Source: Eledone cirrhosa (Eukaryota). From it: a stretch of 64,000 nt of DNA. Shown here one piece after another: positions 40,858 to 52,353 of this stretch (positions within the stretch are counted from its first letter, which is position 1; the number at the start of each line of letters is the position of its first letter). Position numbers and translations under genes: made by a program. Location: assembly GCA_964016885.1 (NCBI GenBank), contig OZ024743.1:6820001-6884000 (forward strand), written 5' to 3'. The notes below the pieces were generated by a model. The model was given only the letters and a program-made list of their open reading frames with translations, ran no database searches and had not been told where the DNA came from.

Positions 40858-41981
40858 TTACACAAACACATACTAACACTTGTTTAAATATTTAAATATA
40901 ATAATCATTATAATAGCATATCACCTGACGGTGTGCATAAACAATATCAAAAACAATGGAATAATATACTGACATAAAAAATATATAAAACTACATCATA
41001 CGTATCATTTAAGGTCAACAAATTGTATATAAAGTTTTTCACAGGGTAAGAAAAAATATATAAAAATAAAGTATAGTGAAAGAATATATATAACTATATA
41101 GAATATTGACAATAAATATCCAGAGGTATATGCAGTTCAAATTCATAAAATATTACAAAACACTACCTCAATAACGGACATGTATATATAATTCAATTCC
41201 ATAAAAATAATAATGTTAATATTACAATAGCAGACAGACAGAATCAATGGAAAATGCTTAAGACATATTTACGCGATGCATACAAATAGACATATGAGGA
41301 GACAATAACAAATAATAGGAGAACAGACAGCATGTGGTAGTAAAAAAAAAAATAAAAGAAAACGAAGAACAAAAACAAAAACAAGCACAGACGTTACAAG
41401 TCCTTAGGTAAATATAGATAATATTACTATTCTGGATCAAAGAATTAAATTGAAAACCTTATTAAATTAATTAGTACTAAAACTGTTTAAAAGACATTAT
41501 GGGTCACTTCATATGGAATAAAGTTTAAGTCATCAAAGTCAAATAAAATTAAGATATTTCAATAAGAAAGCTAAAATATCTATCAAGATTTATTACGATA
41601 CATCCAGACTAATTACGATATCAAGGAAAAAAACTCCAAATAAAACTCTGGTAGACCAATGGGAACATAAAGAAGTAGAACTATGGAGGGTAGGAAGGAG
41701 CATAAAGGTAAAAATTTATATATAATCAATATAAATTGACCATATATAAATTTATATATAATATTAAATATAATATTATTTTCATCCCAACCAGGGATGA
41801 AAATAAAGATAGAAACTTATAAGGCGACAATGGTGAATAAAAATGTAATAATGGTAAAGATGATAGAAAGGGTAGGATAGCTAGAGAGACTATGAAAACT
41901 AAAACTAAATTGAAAAACCGTAGAAAACCAATAATGGTAATAATAATGAACTAAAACCAAAGAGATAAGGAAATATAGCAG

Positions 41982-42648
41982 CTAAAGGATACGGTTTAAA
42001 CTACCGGAGCTTTTAGGTCTATAATAGAAGAAGGAATTAGAAATAGCATGCGGACAGGAAGAAAAAATTTCAGATTTTCTATTAAGTAATACGTTCCTAG
42101 AGAAAATTATAGAGTGGGTCTCTAGGATACAAAGATTACAGAATTTAGCGTGTGTTGAGAGGTGATTAGAGTGTGCTACTATACGCCAATTTAGGCTATA
42201 TGGTATACCAGCCCCTTTTAAATCCCAGATATGGTGTGCTAAAGAAGTAGAGTTCTTAAACTTGATATACTTAAAATTAGAAATATGTGAATTAAACCTA
42301 GTTTTAAAAGTATTAGATGTGGAGCCTATATATGTTCTACAAGAAGAATTAGTCTTAACTTCACATGCATAAACAATATTCCTAGAGAGGCAGTGACCAT
42401 TTAAAGGGGCAGTTATTACTTAATCTACAGTTACACTTCCGGGTATTAGTGACTAGCTGATTACGCGATGCATTATTCCTAGAGTTATTAGAAGATAAGA
42501 TCTGCTCGGGTGGTAAGTTGTTGATAGAGCTATCTAGATTAGTGGTACGCAAAGAGCAGTAGCTGTCCCTAATTTTCCTATTATTAGTGCTAGCTAGATG
42601 AGAATTAATATTAGGGGTGGTAGAGAAGTAGAGTTTAATTACATTCTT
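41982..42648 (-). pseudogene. PLE ORF, C-terminal part (linker, Cys motif, GIY-YIG) with a +1 frameshift near 42404
   Basis: Resumes in frame (SIFN|KNVIKLYFSTTPNI) once the RTE is removed. Reads CCCTTTAAATGG versus CCCTTGAATGG in the inverted copy. Confidence 0.88.
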
Positions 42649-42650
42649 AT

Positions 42651-43997
42651 CTCTAGTTTGTAGGAAAGAAAATATGGCGGCAGTCCCATCTGGAAAATGG
42701 CCATGCTCAGTGTGTAGGAAAGGCGTAGGTAGAAACTCCATTTTATGTCCCAAATGCAAAGTATGGGTGCATAAAAGATGTAGTGGGATCACAGGTAAGC
42801 TAACTAAGAACATAGATTTTACATGTGGCCGGTGCTCTGGTGCAATAAGTAGCAGCAAGTGCCCACAAAATACTAGCTCCTTCAACTGCGCAGAGGGTTC
42901 TATAGAAATAGTGGACAGCTTCCGTTACCTGGGTGACAAAATCAGCAATGGGGGAGGGTGCTCTGAAAGTACAGTAGCTAGGGTCAGAACTGGATGGAAA
43001 AAGTTCAGAGAGCTTATACCACTATTAGCCGCTAGAGGGTTCTCCCTAAAAATGAAAGGCAGGTTATACGATGCCTGCATACGAACAGCAATGCTGCATG
43101 GCAGTGAGACCTGGGCATTGTGTGCAGAGGATATACGCAGACTAGAGAGGAACGAAGCTTGCATGCTCCGCTGGATGTGCAATAGTAATATACGTGAACG
43201 GCAAAGCATAAACGAACTAAGGAAAAAATTAGAAATAAGAGGGATCAGATGTTGTTTACTCGAGAGAAGGCTACGTTGGTACGGTCACGTGATGCGCATG
43301 AAAGACGACAGCTGTATAACAAAGTGCAGGGCAATAAAGATAGACGGTAGCCACGGAGTAGGCAGACCCAGAAAAACATGGGACGAGCTGATAAATTCCG
43401 ACCTCACACGCTTACACCTCTCCAAGACAATGTCACTGGACCGAGACCTTTGGCGGTACTCAGTAATAGAGAAGACCCGCCTTACCTAAATACAAAGTAA
43501 AAACCTACTACAGTCAGTAGGCATCTCTATCAAAACACCCCCCGTCCCACCACCTCTACCCCATCCACACCGCCCCTTTCAATGTACAGTTATGTTGGTC
43601 CCACAACATCCAGGCCGAAACAAATGAGATCGTGTAGGTGTCACGACAAAAAACACACAGTCCACGCTGTAAATGTGGCCGTGTAGGTAACACGGTAAAA
43701 ACCTCCCAGCCCCACACTGTAAATGTGGTTGGTGTTAGGAAGGGCATCCAGCTGTAGAAAACCCGCCAGACAGTCCACGCTGTAATGTGGCCGTGTAGGC
43801 AACACGGTAAAAACCTCCCAGCCCCACACTGTAAATGTGGTTGGTGTTAGGAAGGGCATCCAACTGTAGAAAACCCACCAGACAGTCCTATGCGAGCAAG
43901 ACAACCACTCTTGCCTCAAGTGGGAAAACCCCCGTCCAAACCCATGCAAGCGTGGAACACGGACGCTAAACCTGATGATGATGATGATGATGATGAT
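42651..43997 (+). mobile_element. 5'-truncated RTE-clade LINE with PHD-like finger, nested in the PLE ORF
   Basis: ORF 42674-43489: C4HC3 finger, FRYLG, MLHGSETW, RRLRWYGHV, GRPRKTW. 3' UTR with a duplicated ~112 bp block and a (GAT)n tail. Only AT is shared at the two junctions. Confidence 0.92.
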
Positions 43998-45909
43998 TAA
44001 AGATACTATGGTATTTATTAGTAGGAGGGAAATTTTTCTCTAAAATAGAAAAGAAAGATCTAGGGATATTAGTTAATACTTCATGATTATAAGGTGGGTT
44101 AAAGTAAGTATTGAGCCTCCTCCTATTCTTACCTTTACTATTTCTATTTCTATCCCGTATCGTATTAATAGGATTAGGGTTAATACTAGGACCAGTTGAA
44201 TCAACATTATTAGAAGCCGTTAAAACATCACCACTGGGTGAACGTTCAGAGCGCCTATCCTGTTCACTAGAACTAATCTCAAAAAGTGCACCATTAGACT
44301 CACTATTACGATTATTATTGTGGTAGTTATACATATGGTTCGGTTTGGATGAACCAATAAAATTTCTATGATTCCTAGATTTTCTTCTCCCATTCAAGGC
44401 CATGTTATGGGATATTACGTTATTATTGGTAAACGGAGTCATTCCAAGGTAGTTATCTTTATAGTGTATTCTACCTGAGTAACCAGAGTTAGCTAGGGCA
44501 TTATTATAATACTCAGCATGTGAATTAAATATTCCTATGTCTTTAAAGAGTGTGGAGATTCTATTAGATACACCATTAATAATAGAACTAATCATAGATT
44601 TAGGGTGGTTAGAATTAGGATTAACGTAAGAGAGTGTCTCATTAGGCTTGTGGAAGGGTTTATAATTATTAGTGACCAAGTCCAATGTCACATCTAAAAA
44701 GTTAACAGCTCTATCATTCCTATCAATCGTGATCGAAAAGTTAAAATTAAAAAAAAATTTATACAACTTCTTCCTATTATGTTCAATGCTATTAGTACTA
44801 GAGTTTATTACAAATAATGCATCGTCACGATAAAGTCCACCTTTAAGGTGCGGAAAGCTAACATAAAGTTCGTTCAAGAGGTACAGCCCAACAAGATCAG
44901 TTACCTGCGCAGAATCACTCGAACCCATGGTAACGTCAAAGTTGTTGGGTGTGTTTTTACGCATCCAAAGTGTATCCTCGAATTTGATGATAGTCTTACG
45001 GGCGGCTAGTATAACATCAATCTGGGGACGCGTAAGACTAGACATTCGCATGGCTATAATTAGGGCTTTATTAAGGAGGATAGGTGAAATCGACGTGTAA
45101 TAGGCGTCTATATCAAACTGGATAAACCTACTAGACTTAAGCTTATTTATACCAGAGAACCAATCAATAACATCCATAGTGTTCCCCCATAGATTAAAAT
45201 TAACCTTTTCTCTAACGGTGGGTATAATCAGGTCAAGAATTTTCTTACTAATTATAGCTATATCAGACTTAGAAGAACTGATAAGTCTAGCAGTAGGATT
45301 ACTTAAGAAGTCCACCTTATGATCCTTAAGTATGAATCTCAGTTCCCTAGGGTAATAAGGTTGGGTATACTTATCAAGACCCAGATCCGAAACTATCTTG
45401 AGGCCCTCATTATTAATTTGATCTAAATTATCTTGCGTTGTCTTTTTGTAATTTTTATACAACTCCTTATAAATAAAATTACGGTAGGCAATGTAATCCA
45501 TAGAGTAAAGATTCTTAGTCTTGTCAGCTGGGACAAGAATAGACCTATTCCCTTTAAAATCCCTAACAATATTCTTAAGTTTAGACTGGAACTTGTCAAA
45601 TTTATTATAGTTCCCATATTTATTATGCGGCTTATATTTAATATTTTTGACAAGGGAAAGTAAATCGTTCTCAAAACTATCTAATAGAACATTATGCGGT
45701 GGACTTATATAAGTCTTGAAGCCAAAGTTATTGAATGGAGTCTTACTACTGGGGTTATTCCTATTCCTATTACTATCAAAGTGGAAAGCACGCCATCTAA
45801 TCCGTTTTACGAATGAGTTAACGTTAGCAATCAAGAGTTTTTCATAAGTATTTCTAGAAGGGATGGGAATATTCTTCAGAGATAAAGGCAAGTAGCTCTT
45901 TGTTAGCAT
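43996..45909 (-). pseudogene. PLE ORF, N-terminal 638 codons (reverse transcriptase and thumb), interrupted by an RTE insertion
   Basis: ORF 43966-45909: SLKNIPIPS...FVKRIRWRAFHF, PADKT, FIQFDIDAYYTSI, FDVTMGSSD, GLYRDD, FLDVTLDL, YFNPPY. The His run at the ORF end is the RTE (CAT)n tail. Confidence 0.92.
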
Positions 45910-46121
45910 ACTGTCAGATGTATATAAAGGCCAAAATACCAGTATATAGGATAAAGCTCAACCAATCGGGAGCCGTAATAAGATCAAAATACTTGAGTGT
46001 GTTAGAGTTAAACACACTCGTTGTATTGGAGAAATGACAGTATAAGATATAGCTCAATGTAATCCAACAGAGCCGAAAAATTATAAAAAATAAACAAAGA
46101 AGCCTTCAATACATCAAAAGT

Positions 46122-46178
46122 CTTTATTAGCCGACAATGTTTCGTCCCATTAATAAGAACTCATCAGGGCAAGCAAAG
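46122..46178 (-). ncRNA. Type I hammerhead ribozyme motif, copy 2 (5' pseudo-LTR)
   Basis: Exact reverse complement of 48340-48396; predicted cut after 46133. Confidence 0.88.
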
Positions 46179-46440
46179 AGACAAGAAGCATTAACGGCCA
46201 AAACAAGCCAAAACTCAGAAGAACAGGGAATTTATATCTATGAAAACTTAGGAAAGACATCATGGAAAGACATGCTAAAGTTAAAAGTGAGCATTTGCAA
46301 ATATAGACTATAGGGCTAGAGAGCAAGTAATATGTCAAACCCATGTTGAAAGAACAATATAAGACAAATACATGAAATACAACATGGTAATACAATATGA
46401 GAATTATAATATGATATAGAAAACAATATAATGGATAATA

Positions 46441-46911
46441 ATGGATAATACCCGGAAGTGTAACTGTAGATTAAGTAATAACTGCCCCTTGAATGGCCAC
46501 TGCCTCTCTAGGAATATTGTTTATGCATGTGAAGTTAAGACTAATTCTTCTTGTAGAACATATATAGGCTCCACATCTAATACTTTTAAAACTAGGTTTA
46601 ATTCACATATTTCTAATTTTAAGCATATCAAGTTTAAGAACTCTACTTCTTTAGCACACCATATCTGGGATTTAAAAGGGGCTGGTATACCATATAGCCT
46701 AAATTGGCGTATAGTAGCACACTCTAATCACCTCTCAACACACGCTAAATTCTGTAATCTTTGTATCCTAGAGACCCACTCTATAATTTTCTCTAGGAAC
46801 GTATTACTTAATAGAAAATCTGAAATTTTTTCTTCCTGTCCGCATGCTATTTCTAATTCCTTCTTCTATTATAGACCTAAAAGCTCCGGTAGTTTAAACC
46901 GTATCCTTTAG
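46441..46911 (+). CDS. Stand-alone, uninterrupted GIY-YIG endonuclease ORF (156 aa) in the inverted PLE copy
   Basis: CNCRLSNNCPLNGHC, IVY...YIG, FKTRFNSH, SLAHHIW, CNLCILE, LNRKSE. The ATG lies in the junction duplication. Expression unknown. Confidence 0.6.
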   Translation: MDNTRKCNCRLSNNCPLNGHCLSRNIVYACEVKTNSSCRTYIGSTSNTFKTRFNSHISNFKHIKFKNSTSLAHHIWDLKGAGIPYSLNWRIVAHSNHLSTHAKFCNLCILETHSIIFSRNVLLNRKSEIFSSCPHAISNSFFYYRPKSSGSLNRIL

Positions 46912-48441
46912 CTGCTATATTTCTTTATCTCTTTGGTTTTAGTTCATTATTATTACCATTATTGGTTTTCTACGGTTTTTCAATTTAGTTTTAGTTTTCA
47001 TAGTCTCTCTAGCTATCCTACCCTTTCTATCATCTTTACCATTATTACATTTTTATTCACCATTGTCGCCTTATAAGTTTCTATCTTTATTTTCATCCCT
47101 GGTTGGGATGAAAATAATATTATATTTAATATTATATATAAATTTATATATGGTCAATTTATATTGATTATATATAAATGTTTACCTTTATGCTCCTTCC
47201 TACCCTCCATAGTTCTACTTCTTTATGTTCCCATTGGTCTACCAGAGTTTTATTTGGAGTTTTTTTCCTTGATATCGTAATTAGTCTGGATGTATCGTAA
47301 TAAATCTTGATAGATATTTTAGCTTTCTTATTGAAATATCTTAATTTTATTTGACTTTGATGACTTAAACTTTATTCCATATGAAGTGACCCATAATGTC
47401 TTTTAAACAGTTTTAGTACTAATTAATTTAATAAGGTTTTCAATTTAATTCTTTGATCCAGAATAGTAATATTATCTATATTTACCTAAGGACTTGTAAC
47501 GTCTGTGCTTGTTTTTGTTTTTGTTCTTCGTTTTCTTTTATTTTTTTTTTTACTACCACATGCTGTCTGTTCTCCTATTATTTGTTATTGTCTCCTCATA
47601 TGTCTATTTGTATGCATCGCGTAAATATGTCTTAAGCATTTTCCATTGATTCTGTCTGTCTGCTATTGTAATATTAACATTATTATTTTTATGGAATTGA
47701 ATTATATATACATGTCCGTTATTGAGGTAGTGTTTTGTAATATTTTATGAATTTGAACTGCATATACCTCTGGATATTTATTGTCAATATTCTATATAGT
47801 TATATATATTCTTTCACTATACTTTATTTTTATATATTTTTTCTTACCCTGTGAAAAACTTTATATACAATTTGTTGACCTTAAATGATACGTATGATGT
47901 AGTTTTATATATTTTTTATGTCAGTATATTATTCCATTGTTTTTGATATTGTTTATGCACACCGTCAGGTGATATGCTATTATAATGATTATTATATTTA
48001 AATATTTAAACAAGTGTTAGTATGTGTTTGTGTAAATGTGTATATATATATACATATATATTAAGCTTTTTATTTCTTATTATCCATTATATTGTTTTCT
48101 ATATCATATTATAATTCTCATATTGTATTACCATGTTGTGTTTCATGTATTTGTCTTATATTGTTCTTTCAACGTGGGTTTGACATATTACTTGCTCTCT
48201 AGCCCTATAGTCTATATTTGCAAATGCTTACTTTTAACTTTAGCATGTCTTTCCATGATGTCTTTCCTAAGTTTTCATAGATATAAATTCCCTGTTCTTC
48301 TGAGTTTTGGCTTGTTTTGGCCATTAATGCTTCTTGTCTCTTTGCTTGCCCTGATGAGTTCTTATTAATGGGACGAAACATTGTCGGCTAATAAAGACTT
48401 TTGATGTATTGAAGGCTTCTTTGTTTATTTTTTATCATTTT

Positions 48442-48442
<1 letters not shown>
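46446..48442 (+). repeat. ~2 kb inverted duplicate of 40438-42448
   Basis: Reverse-complement match by eye with few differences. The ORF track shows mirrored ORFs (41258-41440 - and 47453-47635 +). Confidence 0.95.
48340..48396 (+). ncRNA. Type I hammerhead ribozyme motif (PLE pseudo-LTR), copy 3
   Basis: ctttgcttgcc CTGATGA gttcttattaatgggac GAAA cattGTC ggctaataaag. Perfect core; stem I gcc/ggc extended by ctttg/taaag; stem II GUUCU/GGGAC; minimal palindromic stem III; predicted cut after C48385. Confidence 0.88.
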
Positions 48443-48483
<41 letters not shown>

Positions 48484-49438
48484 GACTGTAAAATCAGTCA
48501 TGTACAATAGGTTTTTTATATGAATCTATTATGGAACTTCTATCTCAAAACTATTCTAATTACATATAAAATCAGTGAAATCACATGTTATCATTAACTT
48601 AGCAACATGATTCCTGTCTGTATTTTATTTTAGATATGAATAGGTAAATCCAGGTAGTTATGGGTGATTTGATAACATACAACCACAAGCAGTTTACAGT
48701 ATTTTTAGTAATGAAAGGGCTAACATGGTTTAATACATACATATTCATAGACATGTATAAATACATATCCACATATACACAATCTTAAGTCTGTATAAGA
48801 ATTTCATTGTAACAATGTTTGGCTTTATTGAATACTTTTAAATGATCCAACTAAATCTGAGTTTGGCAAAAGTAAGATCTAAACACGATATTTTCTATAT
48901 TGCAAGGCTATCTTAACAGCATTAGATGCAGATGGGAACATTCAACAATGTACAAGACATCAGGAATAACAACACCATAGATAGTTTAAGTGAAGGGATA
49001 CCTAATCTGGACAGATCACACAGAATATTATAATAAAATAGTCGATCAACAAGATCCCAGGCCTCATTCGCTTAACGAGTGGGATGGAGCTCGTCAAATC
49101 GGACCGAGGAGACAATGTTTCCATTGGTCTTTTCAATTGCTAATACTATCTATCAGTCGCAAATCCAGGTAGAAGGAGCAATGTGAAATAAAGTGTCTTG
49201 CTCAAGGACATACCACATTGCCCAGTCTGGATATCGAACTCCCAACCTCACAATTGCGAATCCAATTCTCTAACCACTCAGCCATGTGCCTACACAGAAT
49301 ATATACACACAGAATATATACACACAGAATATATACACACAAAAAAATTGAAAACAAAAGAAATACATTTATCAGAATGTAAGAAAAAGAAATAAGAAAA
49401 ACTAAAATATTTTAAAAGAAAAAAAACATTGAAAATAC

Positions 49439-49582
49439 CTTTTCGTTTATTTGGATCAGTTGGTGCCTCAGGACTTATTAGCTTATCAAGTCTAATAAGT
49501 AGCTTGTTAGTTTCTATCACAAATCTATCCACCCGGGCATCTCGAATTGATTTAAAGTTTTCTGTGTGACTTCGAAAGGTTC
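49439..49582 (-). CDS. RBSN: Rabenosyn-5 coding exon 3
   Basis: TFRSHTENFKSIRDARVDRFVIETNKLLIRLDKL... is the conserved rabenosyn block; phase 1-1. Confidence 0.93.
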
Positions 49583-49741
49583 CTGCAAATATATTTATTA
49601 ATATTTATGCAAATTCAACAACCACATGAAATATTTTCCTCTTTCTTTCTACCTACATAGACATTTAGTGGTGTTATGAAATGTAAACATTCATTTACAA
49701 ATTTCATAATTATTTCATTGTATATACAATACATTATGGTT

Positions 49742-49947
49742 TTAACCCTTTAGCATTTATATAACTCTATATTTACTATTATATTTTCACTGTAAAGGCT
49801 TTACCTCACATATCGAATCTATGAGATTTTGATGTTATTTATATTGAGAATACTTTAACGTTGGAATGGTCAGTTACGTTTGGTTTCAAAAGAAAGAGAT
49901 GAGAGAATTCTGGCCGGATATGGCCGGTTTAAATGCTAAAGGGTTAA
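49742..49947. mobile_element. piggyBac-type MITE (partial copies also at ~11171-11366, ~23933-24134, ~52455-52598)
   Basis: Perfect 14 bp TIR CCCTTTAGCATTTA with TTAA on both sides. Confidence 0.88.
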
Positions 49948-50220
49948 GGCATGAAAAGAAATGGTAGCAAATACATAGAAATATATGTATTTATTAAAAT
50001 GTACATTATTGTATCCCAGTTTTTAGAACAGATATACTGTCATAAGAGGCAACTAAAAGATACCGTTTGTATCCCGTTTTTTAGAATAAATACAACACAT
50101 GCTTGCGTGTTGTAAGAGGCAACTAAAAGGGTTGTCAAGAAGGCCATTTGGCTATAAAACACTGCCACAAAACATCCTGTCCAATCTATGCCAGTATGGA
50201 ATAGTGGACATAAATACAAT

Positions 50221-51033
<813 letters not shown>

Positions 51034-51083
51034 TATATATATAATCACAGCTTTTAACATCCATTTCTCCACACTAGCATGGG

Positions 51084-51152
<69 letters not shown>

Positions 51153-51162
51153 GGGCTCTATA

Positions 51163-51558
51163 GAGGCACATGGCCTAGTGGTTAAAGCATTGGCCTTGCA
51201 ATCGAAAGGTTGTAAGTTCAATTCTCAGATCGGGTGATGTGTTGTTTCCTTGATCAAGACACTTTATTTCACATTGTCCCAGTTTACTCAGCTGTAGAAA
51301 TGAGATGATAGGGACTGGGGTCCCTATCATTCCACTGCAAAGTGGTTGTGGAGGTACCACGGCAAAAAAAGCACCCAGCCCACACTGTAAAGTGGACGTG
51401 TCGGCGCCACAGAAAAAAGCACCCACCACTCACTGTAAATGAGATTGGTGTTAGGAAGGACATCCAGCTGTAGAAATCAAGCCAGAATCAGTTCCTGTCC
51501 CACCCTTGCAAGCAGAGAAAAGCAGACGTAAAATTATGATGATGACGATGATGATGAT
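51163..51558 (+). mobile_element. tRNA-derived SINE (family B) with an RTE-type 3' tail
   Basis: TGGCCTAGTGG A-box, GTTCAATTC B-box; tail ttaggaagg.catccagctgtagaaa...(GAT)n shared with the RTE 3' UTR. Confidence 0.85.
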
Positions 51559-52212
51559 ACCAATTCTGTAGATGTATAGTCAACTGTTAAATATGGCTTT
51601 TCATGTAATTGTAGTTTGAGATCTAAAACAATATTTCCTCGGATTTGAATTAAAACAATCCTTAAAAAACTTTTAATTTTTGTTAATGATTTTATGTTAG
51701 TGTCAACTGCAAACCCTAGCTGTTTTTTTTTTTAAACTTTATTGTTATATGTGGTTCATCATTTGTAAAATTGAATTAATTTTCAGTAGCCATCTCTTCA
51801 TATAATAATAATAATGATAATAATGAAAATTATTGTGTACAGCGCTCAGGTGCAATACAACTCATCAAAAGTGCATGTGTAATACATAGAATATGTACAA
51901 AAGTCAGGAAAGTGAACAGTGTATGAGTCATGATACACACAACACACACACACAAACACACATGTGTGCATGTGTATGTTCAATATCTTTTACTTGATGA
52001 CATAATTGTTTTAAGATAAAATAATTAAGTTCAGATAAAGTTATCTCAAAATACTCTATATTATTGTATCAAGTACACTTCTTTATTTAACATCACCTTT
52101 TATTTTTACACACTTTCATAGGTTAGTTACTTACTTTAGATAAGTGTAGTCCTTGTTTTGGTAATTAATTTGCAGGAAATATGCTTACAAAATGGTTTAA
52201 AATTTAACTCAC

Positions 52213-52353
52213 CAATTTCCTGAGGCTCCCAGAAAAAATGACAAAGTCCAGGGATGAGTGTATTTGTACTTGAATGATCTCTGTCGTCAAAAGAATCTTC
52301 TTTATCCCCAAGCATATCACCCAACAGTCGTTTTTTGGCCTTTTCAAATAAAC
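52213..52353 (-). CDS. RBSN: Rabenosyn-5 coding exon 2
   Basis: GLFEKAKKRLLG...FFWEPQEIG; TAG acceptor, GTGAGT donor, phase 1-1. Confidence 0.9.

Larger units (their letters stand above)
40341..48442 (-). mobile_element. Penelope-like retroelement (PLE; probable Naiad clade), full-length copy plus inverted 5'-truncated copy, inserted in (TA)n
   Basis: RT with ADKT and GLYRDD motifs, CxC-x5-C-x5-C linker, C-terminal GIY-YIG. Direct repeat 40341-40802/45979-46441; inverted repeat 40438-42448/46446-48442; hammerhead motifs; (TA)n on both flanks. Confidence 0.93.

Noticed and set aside
43966-43996. Poly-His tag suggesting a vector or a metal-binding tail
   Set aside because: It is the reverse complement of the RTE (GAT)n tail.
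41982-46911. Selenoprotein-type PLE (in-frame UGA plus SECIS), as reported for some Naiads
   Set aside because: The Cys-motif codons are TGT/TGC and no in-frame TGA occurs in the reconstructed ORF.
48036-48368. Thrice-repeated hydrophobic ORF (also 40513-40857 and 46150-46395) as a membrane protein
   Set aside because: T-rich pseudo-LTR sequence. The starts differ and fall in (TA)n, there is an indel between copies, and the 3' end overlaps the ribozyme core.
51163-51235. tRNA gene (also at 15253)
   Set aside because: A and B boxes are present but there is no good cloverleaf, and it continues into a SINE body and RTE tail.
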